Shown: one piece after another, positions 47,385 through 56,061 of the stretch
How the letters are laid out: each line of letters begins with the position of its first letter
Numbering within the stretch: the stretch's first letter is position 1
Origin: an uncultured Candidatus Saccharibacteria bacterium
Lineage (GTDB): Bacteria; Patescibacteriota; Minisyncoccia; Phycocordibacterales; UBA9973
DNA length: 63,293 bases
Assembly: GCA_964354985.1 (NCBI GenBank)
Contig: CAYHBR010000004.1
Span: forward strand, 1-63,293
Direction of reading: 5' to 3'
Made by a program: the position numbers and the translations under genes
The notes under the pieces: generated by a model
Databases searched by the model: none
What the model saw: the letters and a program-made list of their open reading frames with translations, nothing else
What the model was told of the DNA's origin: nothing

Positions 47385-49262
47385 TTAAAGAATATCCAAT
47401 ATCCTCACTCTTGCTTCCCTGCCCCGAAAGTATGACATTTCAAGAGTACCGACAACTGTGACATTTTGTCCTGCGACAAGGCTACCGTTATCATCTGCAC
47501 TCCCAAAATCTGCGGCAGTTTTAAAAAACGCAATCGCCTTGCACGAACCGTATTCGTCGCTCATTGTGATTTCCAAATGTTCTTTGGTTTTACCAAATTG
47601 CTTTACGGCTTCAAGTGTAATATTTTGAAATAGAAAAATTGGTTTTGGATTGTGTAAACCAAATGGCGCGAATCGGTCTATCTCGGCAATAAAAGCTGGC
47701 TTTACTTTGTCGAGCGAAAGCGTTGCGAGCGCGATGTTTGGGTTCATTTCAATTTCCGAAATTTTTGCAGCTTCCGCATTTGCACGCAGTGAAATATATG
47801 TCTTGCAAAGTGCTTCTTCGAGAAAATGAATTTTCTCGCGAGTCGCAACAAAACCACCAGCCACTGTGTGCCCGCCAAATTGCACAAAGTATTCGGTGTT
47901 GGCAGTCATCAGATCTACAACATTGACACTGCCGTCCGAGCGACACGAACCTTTGATGTGTTCGTCTTCCTCTTCCATTCCCCAAACAAAAACTGGCTTG
48001 CGAAGCTCGTCGGTGAGTTTACCAGCGACAAGCCCAAGAATCCCCGCCGCCCAACCAGTATTACCGATAACCACAACCGGAGTTTCGGCTGAAGTTTCGT
48101 CACTATCTTTTCCCGCCGAACGCTTGGCAAGAGTGGCTTTGGCCTCTTTCATAATCCGAGCCACCAAAAGTTTGCGCTCATCGTTTATGTTCGACAAATG
48201 TTCAGCCATTGGCACGGCCTTGGCGTAGGTGTCAGCCGACAAAAGATCAAAGGCTCGCATCGGTGTGTCCATTCGCGAAGCCGCATTTATCCGCGGTGCA
48301 ACCATAAATGTCAGGTCGTCTTCGGTCAGGTGTTCGGTATCCATTTTCATTTTCGAAAAAAGTGCACGCAAGCCTGGGCGTTTATTTTTGCGCAAAACTT
48401 TCATGCCGTAGTACGAAATAATTCTGTTTTCACCGCGAATAGGCACCATGTCGGAAAGCGTGCCAAGGGCCGCCATATCAAGAAACCATTTTTCGAAGCC
48501 TTCGGAAATTTTAAAATACTCACCATATTTTTTGACAAAGGCTTGTGCGAGCTTGAAAGACACGCCCGCACCAGAAAGAACTTGTTCAGGATACGAAGCC
48601 ACAAAAGCAACTTCGGGCAAAGAAACCTGTTCATTATTTTTTTCAGAAACTTTTTCTTCGCCAATTTTTTCCACATCGGTTTCTTTCCCTTTTATTTCTG
48701 TCCCGACAAATTGCGCAACATCATCGACATGCGGATTGATGAGCGCGTACGCTCGTGGTATTTCGCCATGTGGCAAGTGGTGGTCGGTAATGATGACATC
48801 GATACCGTTTGCAGTCGCATAAGCGGTTTCTTCTATTGCCGTAATACCGAGGTCAAAAGTGATAAGCAACTTTACGCCGTCTTTTACAAATTCCTTGATC
48901 GCATCCATGTGCAGTCCATAACCTTCGTCGTGACGATGAGGAATATAAAAACGAACTTTGTCATAACCAATTTTTAAAAATAAATCCGACATTATTGTCG
49001 CCGCCGGAATGCCGTCGCAGTCATAGTCGCTGTAAATGACAATTTGCTCGTGCCCTTCCATTGCTTCAAAAATACGCACAACGGCTTTTTCCATATCACG
49101 AAATAAAAATGGATCGAGCAAGTCTTCGTATTTGGGTAGCAAAAACTTCTCGGCGTTTTGTTCGTCGATCAAACCACGCACAAAAAGCATCTTGCGGACG
49201 ATTTCAGTATAGGTCTGTAATAAATGCCCCGGCACATCCGGGGCGATTTCCCACTTTTTCAC
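47385..49262 (-). CDS. recJ: single-stranded-DNA-specific exonuclease RecJ
   Basis: DHH motifs IYSDYDCDGIPAA, DLGI and ITDHH, plus a DHHA1 region. GTG start. Confidence 0.88.
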   Translation of the reverse strand: MKKWEIAPDVPGHLLQTYTEIVRKMLFVRGLIDEQNAEKFLLPKYEDLLDPFLFRDMEKAVVRIFEAMEGHEQIVIYSDYDCDGIPAATIMSDLFLKIGYDKVRFYIPHRHDEGYGLHMDAIKEFVKDGVKLLITFDLGITAIEETAYATANGIDVIITDHHLPHGEIPRAYALINPHVDDVAQFVGTEIKGKETDVEKIGEEKVSEKNNEQVSLPEVAFVASYPEQVLSGAGVSFKLAQAFVKKYGEYFKISEGFEKWFLDMAALGTLSDMVPIRGENRIISYYGMKVLRKNKRPGLRALFSKMKMDTEHLTEDDLTFMVAPRINAASRMDTPMRAFDLLSADTYAKAVPMAEHLSNINDERKLLVARIMKEAKATLAKRSAGKDSDETSAETPVVVIGNTGWAAGILGLVAGKLTDELRKPVFVWGMEEEDEHIKGSCRSDGSVNVVDLMTANTEYFVQFGGHTVAGGFVATREKIHFLEEALCKTYISLRANAEAAKISEIEMNPNIALATLSLDKVKPAFIAEIDRFAPFGLHNPKPIFLFQNITLEAVKQFGKTKEHLEITMSDEYGSCKAIAFFKTAADFGSADDNGSLVAGQNVTVVGTLEMSYFRGREARVRILDIL

Positions 49263-49291
49263 AATACGATTTTACCATATACTAGAGACAT

Positions 49292-49753
49292 ATGAATGAC
49301 CAGCAAAAAGAGCCAGCGGATACAACAAACGAGAAAATAATCGGCGGGCAAAAAGATTCCGCGGGCGACACTATTTTTGGAAAAATAATCCGCCGTGAGA
49401 TACCAGCAACTATCGTGTACGAAGACGATGAATCACTGGCCTTTATGGATATCGCACCAGTTGCCAATGGGCATTTACTATTTATACCGAAAGTTCAATA
49501 TGTCTGGATGCAAAATGTACCAGATGAGCTTTTGAGTCAGATGTTTATCAAAACCAAGAAACTCATGATTGCAATGAAGTCCGGTCTTGCTTGTGATTAT
49601 GTCCAGGTCTCCGTCGTTGGCAAAGATGTGCCACATTTTCACATTCACCTAATTCCCCGTTTCTACAACGACGAACTTCATGGTTGGCGGACAGGCCAAT
49701 ACACAGGTAATGAAATAAATGACTATGCCGAAAAAATAAAAAAAGGGTTATAA
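49292..49753 (+). CDS. HIT-family (HinT-like) nucleotide hydrolase
   Basis: IFGKIIRREIPATIVYEDDESLAFMDIAPVANGHLLFIPK and the triad HFHIHLIP. Confidence 0.88.
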   Translation: MNDQQKEPADTTNEKIIGGQKDSAGDTIFGKIIRREIPATIVYEDDESLAFMDIAPVANGHLLFIPKVQYVWMQNVPDELLSQMFIKTKKLMIAMKSGLACDYVQVSVVGKDVPHFHIHLIPRFYNDELHGWRTGQYTGNEINDYAEKIKKGL

Positions 49754-49760
49754 TATTTAT

Positions 49761-50243
49761 ATGATAAACAAAGACCTATTAGACTATGTCCGCTCAGAAA
49801 AAGAACGTGGCATCCCAAAAGATACTATAAAGAAAATGCTTCTTGAAAGTGGTTGGCAGGAAAAAGATATTGTTGATGCAGAACAAATAGTTTATGCAAT
49901 AAATATTGCGCCTGCTCCAGTGAGGCCTATCGAAAAAATACAACCTGTTAATATCCAACCAACAAATATTCTTGGTGCAATAAAAACCTACGGACAAACA
50001 ACAAGCCAACCGAGCTTAAACCAATCTGGCTTAAATCAAACAAAATTAGATTTGCCCGACATAACCGAGCCTACGAACATCGTTCCCCAAAAAATCACCG
50101 GAGTGCAACCCATTCCAATACTGCAGGTACAACCACACAAGTCTTATGCAAAAATCGGACTAACTATTATCGTAGTTATGCTTGTTTTATTACTCGGAGT
50201 AGCTGCTTATGCATATTATAGTGGGTACTTTGCGCCTTTTTAA
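49761..50243 (+). CDS. hypothetical protein: short N-terminal helical module, linker, C-terminal TM
   Basis: LLDYVRSEKERGIPKDTIKKMLLESGWQEKDIVDA resembles the N-terminus of 56353..57897. C-terminal TM is IGLTIIVVMLVLLLGVAAYAYY. Confidence 0.5.
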   Translation: MINKDLLDYVRSEKERGIPKDTIKKMLLESGWQEKDIVDAEQIVYAINIAPAPVRPIEKIQPVNIQPTNILGAIKTYGQTTSQPSLNQSGLNQTKLDLPDITEPTNIVPQKITGVQPIPILQVQPHKSYAKIGLTIIVVMLVLLLGVAAYAYYSGYFAPF

Positions 50244-50336
50244 TTTTCTTCCCTCTTAAAATAATTCTTAATTTTTTCTAAATTCTTTTCCCCAGCTAAA
50301 ATTTGGTTTATTTTTTGCCGGCGTATAATTCAAAAC

Positions 50337-51005
50337 ATGAGAATATTAATAATAGAAGATGACAAAGAGATAAGAACAGCACTTGCTTCACATCTCGAAT
50401 CTGTGTGTTTTGCAGTTGATACCACCGGAGACGGAGCAGATGGATCTTTTTTAGCAAGGACAAATGACTACGACGTGGTAGTCCTTGACTACATACTTCC
50501 AAATAAAGATGGCCTGCGTATTTGTCACGAAATTCGTGAAAGTGGTAAGAATATGCCAATTATTTTAACTTCTGTAAGAAATGAAATATGCGACAAAGTT
50601 GAGTTATTAAACTCTGGCGCTGACGACTACGTCACAAAACCTTATTCCCTAGACGAAATACTGGCTCGTATTAATGCAATGATTCGGAGACCTAAAAAAG
50701 TCGATTCACCGCTTATGTATATTTCAAATATTACGATAGACGCAAATAAACAAAAAGTAACAAAAGGTAATAGAGAAATTTATCTTACCAGAAAAGAATA
50801 TTCACTACTTGAATATCTGGCTCGTAACGAAGGGCGAGTAGTCACGAGAGGAACTATTATGGAACATGTTTGGAATATGGAAAGTGACCCTTTTTCAAAC
50901 ACAATAGAGGCTCATGTTTTCAACTTGAGAAAAAAGATTAGGGGTGGTAAAAATGAACTTATTCGAACAATACCTGGTCGTGGATATATGCTAGAGACAA
51001 AATAG
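50337..51005 (+). CDS. OmpR/PhoB-family response regulator
   Basis: MRILIIEDD, VVVLDYILP (phosphoacceptor Asp), a conserved Lys in DDYVTKP, and a winged-helix output domain (TRKEYSLLEYLARNEGRVVTR...IRTIPGRGY). Confidence 0.93.
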   Translation: MRILIIEDDKEIRTALASHLESVCFAVDTTGDGADGSFLARTNDYDVVVLDYILPNKDGLRICHEIRESGKNMPIILTSVRNEICDKVELLNSGADDYVTKPYSLDEILARINAMIRRPKKVDSPLMYISNITIDANKQKVTKGNREIYLTRKEYSLLEYLARNEGRVVTRGTIMEHVWNMESDPFSNTIEAHVFNLRKKIRGGKNELIRTIPGRGYMLETK

Positions 51006-51063
51006 TTTGTAATATTTATAATAAAATAATTTTTATTTTATAAAAAATTTATGAGGACTTAAT

Positions 51064-51135
51064 ATGGCTTTGAGATACTTTTCTTGGAGCAGCCACCATG
51101 TTGGTCGAGGTAGTGCTTCGTTAAAAATAATTTAA
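51064..51135 (+). CDS. candidate small ORF 1 (23 aa)
   Basis: ATG preceded by GAGGA with a 6-nt spacer. Sequence MALRYFSWSSHHVGRGSASLKII*. It shares the 14-nt start context ttaatATGgcttt with sORF2. Confidence 0.35.
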   Translation: MALRYFSWSSHHVGRGSASLKII

Positions 51136-51142
51136 GATTAAT

Positions 51143-51250
51143 ATGGCTTTAATCATAGAGAAAATGCTCAACAGCAAGGAATCAAGATCCGAAAAAGAAG
51201 TTCGGAATCTTTCGGTAAATGCCGGAGAGTTTGAGCCCTGGTGGAGTTAG
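51143..51250 (+). CDS. candidate small ORF 2 (35 aa), possible signalling-peptide/RiPP precursor
   Basis: MALIIEKMLNSKESRSEKEVRNLSVNAGEFEPWWS*. It has a charged leader-like N-terminus and a Trp-Trp near the C-terminus. It ends 30 nt before the kinase ATG. Confidence 0.4.
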   Translation: MALIIEKMLNSKESRSEKEVRNLSVNAGEFEPWWS

Positions 51251-51279
51251 TCAGAAAAAAAAATATACGAAAAGAAATA

Positions 51280-52842
51280 ATGAGCACTAGAAAACTGAGC
51301 ACAAAATTACTCGTCACAACCTGCCAAGGGTGGTACAGAAATTGTGCTCATTATTTCTATGTTGCACTTCTTAAACCAATATCAGAGAGCGAAGACAATA
51401 ACAGAGGAGAACGGATACTTACGCTCATTTTGCTTTTTATCTTTACCCTGACTGCAATACTAGGAACTGGACTCATTATTCAAAAGATTAGTCTAGGGAA
51501 CAACTACCATGGTGTACCAATTTTATTATTTACTATAATTCTCACATTCTACGCTATTCTAATTTTAATTTCGCGTAAAGGTTACTATCGCACTGCAGGA
51601 TACATATTTATATTAGTATTTTTTACGATAACCTTTTACGGCAGTATTCAGTGGGGAGCAAGTATGCCTATGGGTCTTCTCGCTTATGGATTAGTCGTTA
51701 CTATGGCAAGTATAATAATCAGCAGTCAATTTGGCTTTATTGTCGCAATTTTTTCTTGCTTTGCAATTTTAGGTGTCGGACTAAACGAATCTAGCGCAGG
51801 AGCGCTTCCTACATGGAAACTTGAGGCAATAGAGAAGAAAGATGTCTTTGGCTATATCGTAATGATTTTTCTCACTGCGCTTCTCTCCCGAATATCTAAC
51901 AAAGAAATGGAGAAGTCGCTTGTAAGAGCACGCATATCCGAGCAAGCGCTTAAAGAAGAGCGAGACAACCTCGAAATAATTGTCGAAGTGAGGACCAAGG
52001 CTTTGCGCGAATCCGAAAGAGAACGCCTGCGAGAACTTTATAGATTTGCAGAATTTGGCAAACTCTCTGGTGGTATTTTCCATGACCTACTCAGCCCACT
52101 TACAGCTGTATCACTTTCTGTTGCTAATCTGGACAGACAAAACAGACTACGCAAAGAAAATAAACTTAATATTGAAAATAAGTTAAATAGTGGAATGGAA
52201 CAAGACGACGGGAGTAGATTTAATAATGAAAATGAAATAACAACTGATGGGTCAGAAGTTACTGAGTCTATCAAAACTGCCGTCGCAGCAACCAAACGAA
52301 TGGAGCAATTTATGCTTACTATTCGAAAACAAATAAAATCAGATAATCAAAAATACCTATTCTCTTTCAACGAAGAAATAGAAGACGCTATCGAGCTCGT
52401 TCGTTTTCGTGCCCAAAAAGCAAATGTCTCTGTCCATTTTGAAGCAACAGAAAATATCCAGATTTTCGGGAATCCACTCAAGTGCAACCAAGTGATAACC
52501 AACCTCATCAATAATGCTATCGACGCTTATGGAACTAATGGAAATGGGGCAATTTTTATCGAACTCAAAAAACTTACGGAGAAAATAACTTGTAGCTTTT
52601 CAGACAATGCTCTCGGTATACCACCTGAAATTATGGCAAAGATATTCACTCCTTTTTTCACAACCAAGGAAAGCGGTATCGGCCTTGGTCTCTCAACAAG
52701 TAAGGACATCATTGAAGAAAATTTCGGCGGGATTATTTTATATGAAAGCATTCTTGGCAAAGGAACGACTTTTACAATTAGCTTACCTCTGCAAATACAT
52801 GAACCTAAAACTGAAAAACAGCATAACCAAATGTCTACTTGA
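51280..52842 (+). CDS. sensor histidine kinase with ~6 N-terminal transmembrane helices
   Basis: H-box FGKLSGGIFHDLLSPLTAV, N-box NLINNAIDAY and G-box GIGLGLS. The membrane-embedded sensor has no large external domain. ATG at 51280 is preferred over the GTG at 51241, which overlaps sORF2. Confidence 0.9.
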   Translation: MSTRKLSTKLLVTTCQGWYRNCAHYFYVALLKPISESEDNNRGERILTLILLFIFTLTAILGTGLIIQKISLGNNYHGVPILLFTIILTFYAILILISRKGYYRTAGYIFILVFFTITFYGSIQWGASMPMGLLAYGLVVTMASIIISSQFGFIVAIFSCFAILGVGLNESSAGALPTWKLEAIEKKDVFGYIVMIFLTALLSRISNKEMEKSLVRARISEQALKEERDNLEIIVEVRTKALRESERERLRELYRFAEFGKLSGGIFHDLLSPLTAVSLSVANLDRQNRLRKENKLNIENKLNSGMEQDDGSRFNNENEITTDGSEVTESIKTAVAATKRMEQFMLTIRKQIKSDNQKYLFSFNEEIEDAIELVRFRAQKANVSVHFEATENIQIFGNPLKCNQVITNLINNAIDAYGTNGNGAIFIELKKLTEKITCSFSDNALGIPPEIMAKIFTPFFTTKESGIGLGLSTSKDIIEENFGGIILYESILGKGTTFTISLPLQIHEPKTEKQHNQMST

Positions 52843-54865
52843 TGGATGGAAGTTTATTCAATCAAAACAACAACCCAACGGTAAATGGTGCGGAATATCT
52901 TTCACTAGCGATGGAAAATGGGTTGCTTCAAAAACAGCATTCACTACTTCTCTCATTCTCACCTCACTACGGCCACTTTTTGAATATCCAGTAATAGATC
53001 GAAAATCTTTAAAGCAAGTTGTGGAAAATGCTGTCGAGTACCTCATTACTGAAAGTGAGGAAAAGTATACGACTTGGAACTACTGGGAAAGAACAGAGCC
53101 AAGACGCGATAAGATTCCGGCTGACATGGATGACACATCTCTTGCATTAGCAGCTATTAAAATATGGAGTCCAAAAAAAATTGGTGGAAAGGAACTTGCT
53201 AATGTTGTGCATTCATTATTTTCCACAGAAACAACAGAAGGTGGTCCGTACAATACCTGGATTACTGATTTTAAAAATGACATGCGTTTTAATGATTGCG
53301 ATATTGCAGTTAATGCCAATATTGCTTTTATGCTTTCACTCATCGGGATAAATGTACCGAACTTAACAAAGTTATTTGAACAACAAGTAAACGATGGGTC
53401 ATTTAAATTGAAAAATATTTCCAAATACTATAAGTCACCTATTGTTACCCTTTATTTTATCGCTCGAGCATATCAAGGAGATAAGCACCAAATTTTTATA
53501 GATGAAATTTTAAAACTACGAATTACTACTGGTGACTGGGGAACGCCAATGCATACAGCTCTAGCTCTTTCGGCTCTGCACTATTTAGGCCAAGACATTA
53601 CAATCGAAACAAAAGCACTGGGTTATATAGTCGTTTCTGCACAAGGAGGTTATTTTAAAAAAGAGGCCTTCTATTTTGAAGGCGGTGACAAAATAAATAT
53701 GTGGTACCACGGCAGTGATACACTCACGACAAGTTTTTGTATTGAAGCACTGTGCTGCGCTACTGTATCCAAAACAATAAAAACAAAAGATGGTTCTGAA
53801 AAAATTTCTGATAAAATAATTAGCAACCAGGAAGTGTGCAAATTTGAGAACGAGAGCAAAACTGTTGCTCGAAATTTTCTCGGCCGATCGAAATCACTAT
53901 CTAAATATTTCGAAAAAAGTGCTAAAGTATATCTAGCAAAGGTTTATTCTCATCATTGGGTCAAAGAGAGTATTCTTATGCCATTTTTCTTTGCAGACGC
54001 TTTTACCGAAATCGGGAACCGACGTAACAAAAAACAATTTGGCTTAAACGAAGCGAGTTTACACAAACTTTCATATGCCAATTTGTGTGGATGGATAGGA
54101 TATTCAGTGCTTGATGAAATAATAGACGGCGAATCACCTGTTTCTCTTATCCCATTCGCCAATTTCTGCTTAAGAGAAATGAATACATTGTATGGGGAAA
54201 TCTTTTCTGAACAAAGCCATAAAATAATTGTGAGTATACTAGAAGAAACAGACATCGCGTACGCGGGTGAAAACACCCGCCGAATGACAAAGAAGGGTGA
54301 CTCTTTTTTACTTGAGACTTTTTTAAAAGAAGCAGTTTTGCGGAAGTCGGTTTTAGGAAAGTCGGTTGAATATACTTACGACATAAACAGTTCTAGTAAA
54401 TCGATAGGTCAATGCATAGCTGGACTTGGTGTTCTTGAGTTACTCAGTGATACTGATTTTAAAATACCCCAAATACAGCAAGCGTTCATTTTGTTTTACA
54501 GAAATTACCTTGAGGCTAAACAGGACAGCGACGACGCCGAGGACCTACTCGAAGACCTTGGGCGTGGACATATTAGTAAAGTCGGAGCTCTTACTCTTAC
54601 TGCTTTTGTAAAAAAATATCCAAGTAAAAAATTACTAAGCATAGAACAAGACAAAGATACCTTACTTGATATTTTTTGGAATGATGTTTTTCCAAATTTA
54701 TATGAAGAAATATCAATATCACTTAGGTGCTCCGAGCAAGATATTTTGAAAATTCCCCTTAATAATACCGATTATTTTCTTTCTCTTATTCGAATCGCCC
54801 AAAGTAATATCGACAAAACAAAGAGCGAGAGGAAACTGGTTCAAGATTTTCTTAAAGCTTACTGA
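52799..54865 (+). CDS. fusion protein: N-terminal terpene-cyclase/prenyltransferase-type alpha/alpha toroid (DxDDT motif) plus C-terminal polyprenyl-synthase/ComQ-like alpha-helical domain
   Basis: N-terminal half: QW-like repeats QQPNGKW, QVNDGSF and TTGDWG, and IPADMDDTSLALAAI (the class II cyclase DxDDTA-type motif). C-terminal half: YSVLDEIIDGE, then about 140 aa later YLEAKQDSDDAEDLLED, which fits the FQxxDDxxD spacing of trans-prenyl synthases. The start at ATG 52799 overlaps the kinase by 44 nt. Confidence 0.55.
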   Translation: MNLKLKNSITKCLLDGWKFIQSKQQPNGKWCGISFTSDGKWVASKTAFTTSLILTSLRPLFEYPVIDRKSLKQVVENAVEYLITESEEKYTTWNYWERTEPRRDKIPADMDDTSLALAAIKIWSPKKIGGKELANVVHSLFSTETTEGGPYNTWITDFKNDMRFNDCDIAVNANIAFMLSLIGINVPNLTKLFEQQVNDGSFKLKNISKYYKSPIVTLYFIARAYQGDKHQIFIDEILKLRITTGDWGTPMHTALALSALHYLGQDITIETKALGYIVVSAQGGYFKKEAFYFEGGDKINMWYHGSDTLTTSFCIEALCCATVSKTIKTKDGSEKISDKIISNQEVCKFENESKTVARNFLGRSKSLSKYFEKSAKVYLAKVYSHHWVKESILMPFFFADAFTEIGNRRNKKQFGLNEASLHKLSYANLCGWIGYSVLDEIIDGESPVSLIPFANFCLREMNTLYGEIFSEQSHKIIVSILEETDIAYAGENTRRMTKKGDSFLLETFLKEAVLRKSVLGKSVEYTYDINSSSKSIGQCIAGLGVLELLSDTDFKIPQIQQAFILFYRNYLEAKQDSDDAEDLLEDLGRGHISKVGALTLTAFVKKYPSKKLLSIEQDKDTLLDIFWNDVFPNLYEEISISLRCSEQDILKIPLNNTDYFLSLIRIAQSNIDKTKSERKLVQDFLKAY

Positions 54866-55934
54866 GATTTAATTTAAAATGTGCAACTAATTTTAGCCAA
54901 ATTTCTTTGTGTTTACTGGACATCTCTATTTTTTCAAGAATCACTTCTGCTTTTTTAAGATGCTCAGCAATTGCCATACGCTCACTTAGTAGTGAACCTG
55001 ACAAAGTGAATAATTCTCTCACTCGGCATATATCGTTAGTATCGAGTGGTTGACCTCGGTAAACCGAGTATACTGCCTTTTGTCCTGCTGTAGAATGATT
55101 ATCAAAATGCAAAGACAAATGCGTTGGTAAATCGGCTGTGATATCTGACCCAAGCGACTTTCCCAACACAGCTTCGCTCGCCATTAGGTCAGACAAATCA
55201 TCTAGTCTTTGAAAAGCATGGCCGAGATGGTGTCCGAGTTTTTGATAATACTCAGTCTTTGTTTCAAAAGAAACTAGCTCTGGCTGATTTTTAACTCGAG
55301 AAACAGACTTATCTTTGGATTGATATACTGGGTGCCCTTCAACAGCCAAAGCAAGTCCAAGTAACGCCGGGTATACAAAAGTGTAACGCGCAGTTTTGAG
55401 CTCAATAGATGTGCTGAGAATACTTTCAGTAATATCTCTCCGTTTAACGAGTGAGGTGTCTATCATTTGTCCAATATTGGTCTCTTCGGCTAGTTTCAAA
55501 AAGATTGTCCGGGGAACTTTGTTGGAAATGTAATCAGGAGAATCAGTGCCGTTAATACTTTGTATTGCCCAAATTAGACATTGATTGCCAGCAAGCAAAG
55601 CCTGGTTGAGACCAAAGCGCGCACTTAGTGTTTCTACGCCATGTCGTTTATTTGAATTATCTAAAATGTCATCGTGAATAAGAGCAAATAATTGGAAAAG
55701 TTCAAGAGCAAAAAGTACTGGTAATATTGACTGCTTATCTGTACTTACTTCGCTTTTATAAGCCAAATTGCATATATAAGGACGTAAGCGCTTGCCGTCT
55801 CGAGCAAGCATAATAAGTTGTTCTCCGACAATTGAAAAATCCGGATAATGCACAACAACACTATCTACGCATTTTTTTAAATAAACCAAAAACAGTGGGT
55901 CAAAATACTTTTTAAATATAATTAATTGTTCCAT
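54852..55934 (-). CDS. polyprenyl diphosphate synthase (trans-IPPS family)
   Basis: FARM is LIHDDILDNSNKRHG and SARM is GHAFQRLDDLSDL. There is a 14-nt tail-to-tail overlap with the fusion gene. ATG (MEQLI) at 55934. Confidence 0.85.
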   Translation of the reverse strand: MEQLIIFKKYFDPLFLVYLKKCVDSVVVHYPDFSIVGEQLIMLARDGKRLRPYICNLAYKSEVSTDKQSILPVLFALELFQLFALIHDDILDNSNKRHGVETLSARFGLNQALLAGNQCLIWAIQSINGTDSPDYISNKVPRTIFLKLAEETNIGQMIDTSLVKRRDITESILSTSIELKTARYTFVYPALLGLALAVEGHPVYQSKDKSVSRVKNQPELVSFETKTEYYQKLGHHLGHAFQRLDDLSDLMASEAVLGKSLGSDITADLPTHLSLHFDNHSTAGQKAVYSVYRGQPLDTNDICRVRELFTLSGSLLSERMAIAEHLKKAEVILEKIEMSSKHKEIWLKLVAHFKLNLSKL

Positions 55935-56061
55935 TCCAACACTGTACAAGGCTGAGATGAAGTAAAAATCAATTATTTATCAAGTAAAAACGAGAGGAAT
56001 TACTACTCAATATTAAACTTTATTTTGCCAATTCTTGTAGAGCCGACTTTTTATTTAAGAA

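Noticed and set aside
48198-48977. 259-aa plus-strand ORF (and other 60-124-aa ORFs at 47723-48822)
   Set aside because: They lie entirely antisense to recJ, which has clear DHH motifs. The composition is Arg/Phe/Lys-rich and not protein-like.
52607-52798. Upstream extension of the fusion-protein ORF
   Set aside because: It overlaps the kinase ATP-binding domain in another frame. The ATG at 52799 (MNLKLKNSITKCLLDGWKF) is the last in-frame start before the toroid domain. The true start remains uncertain.
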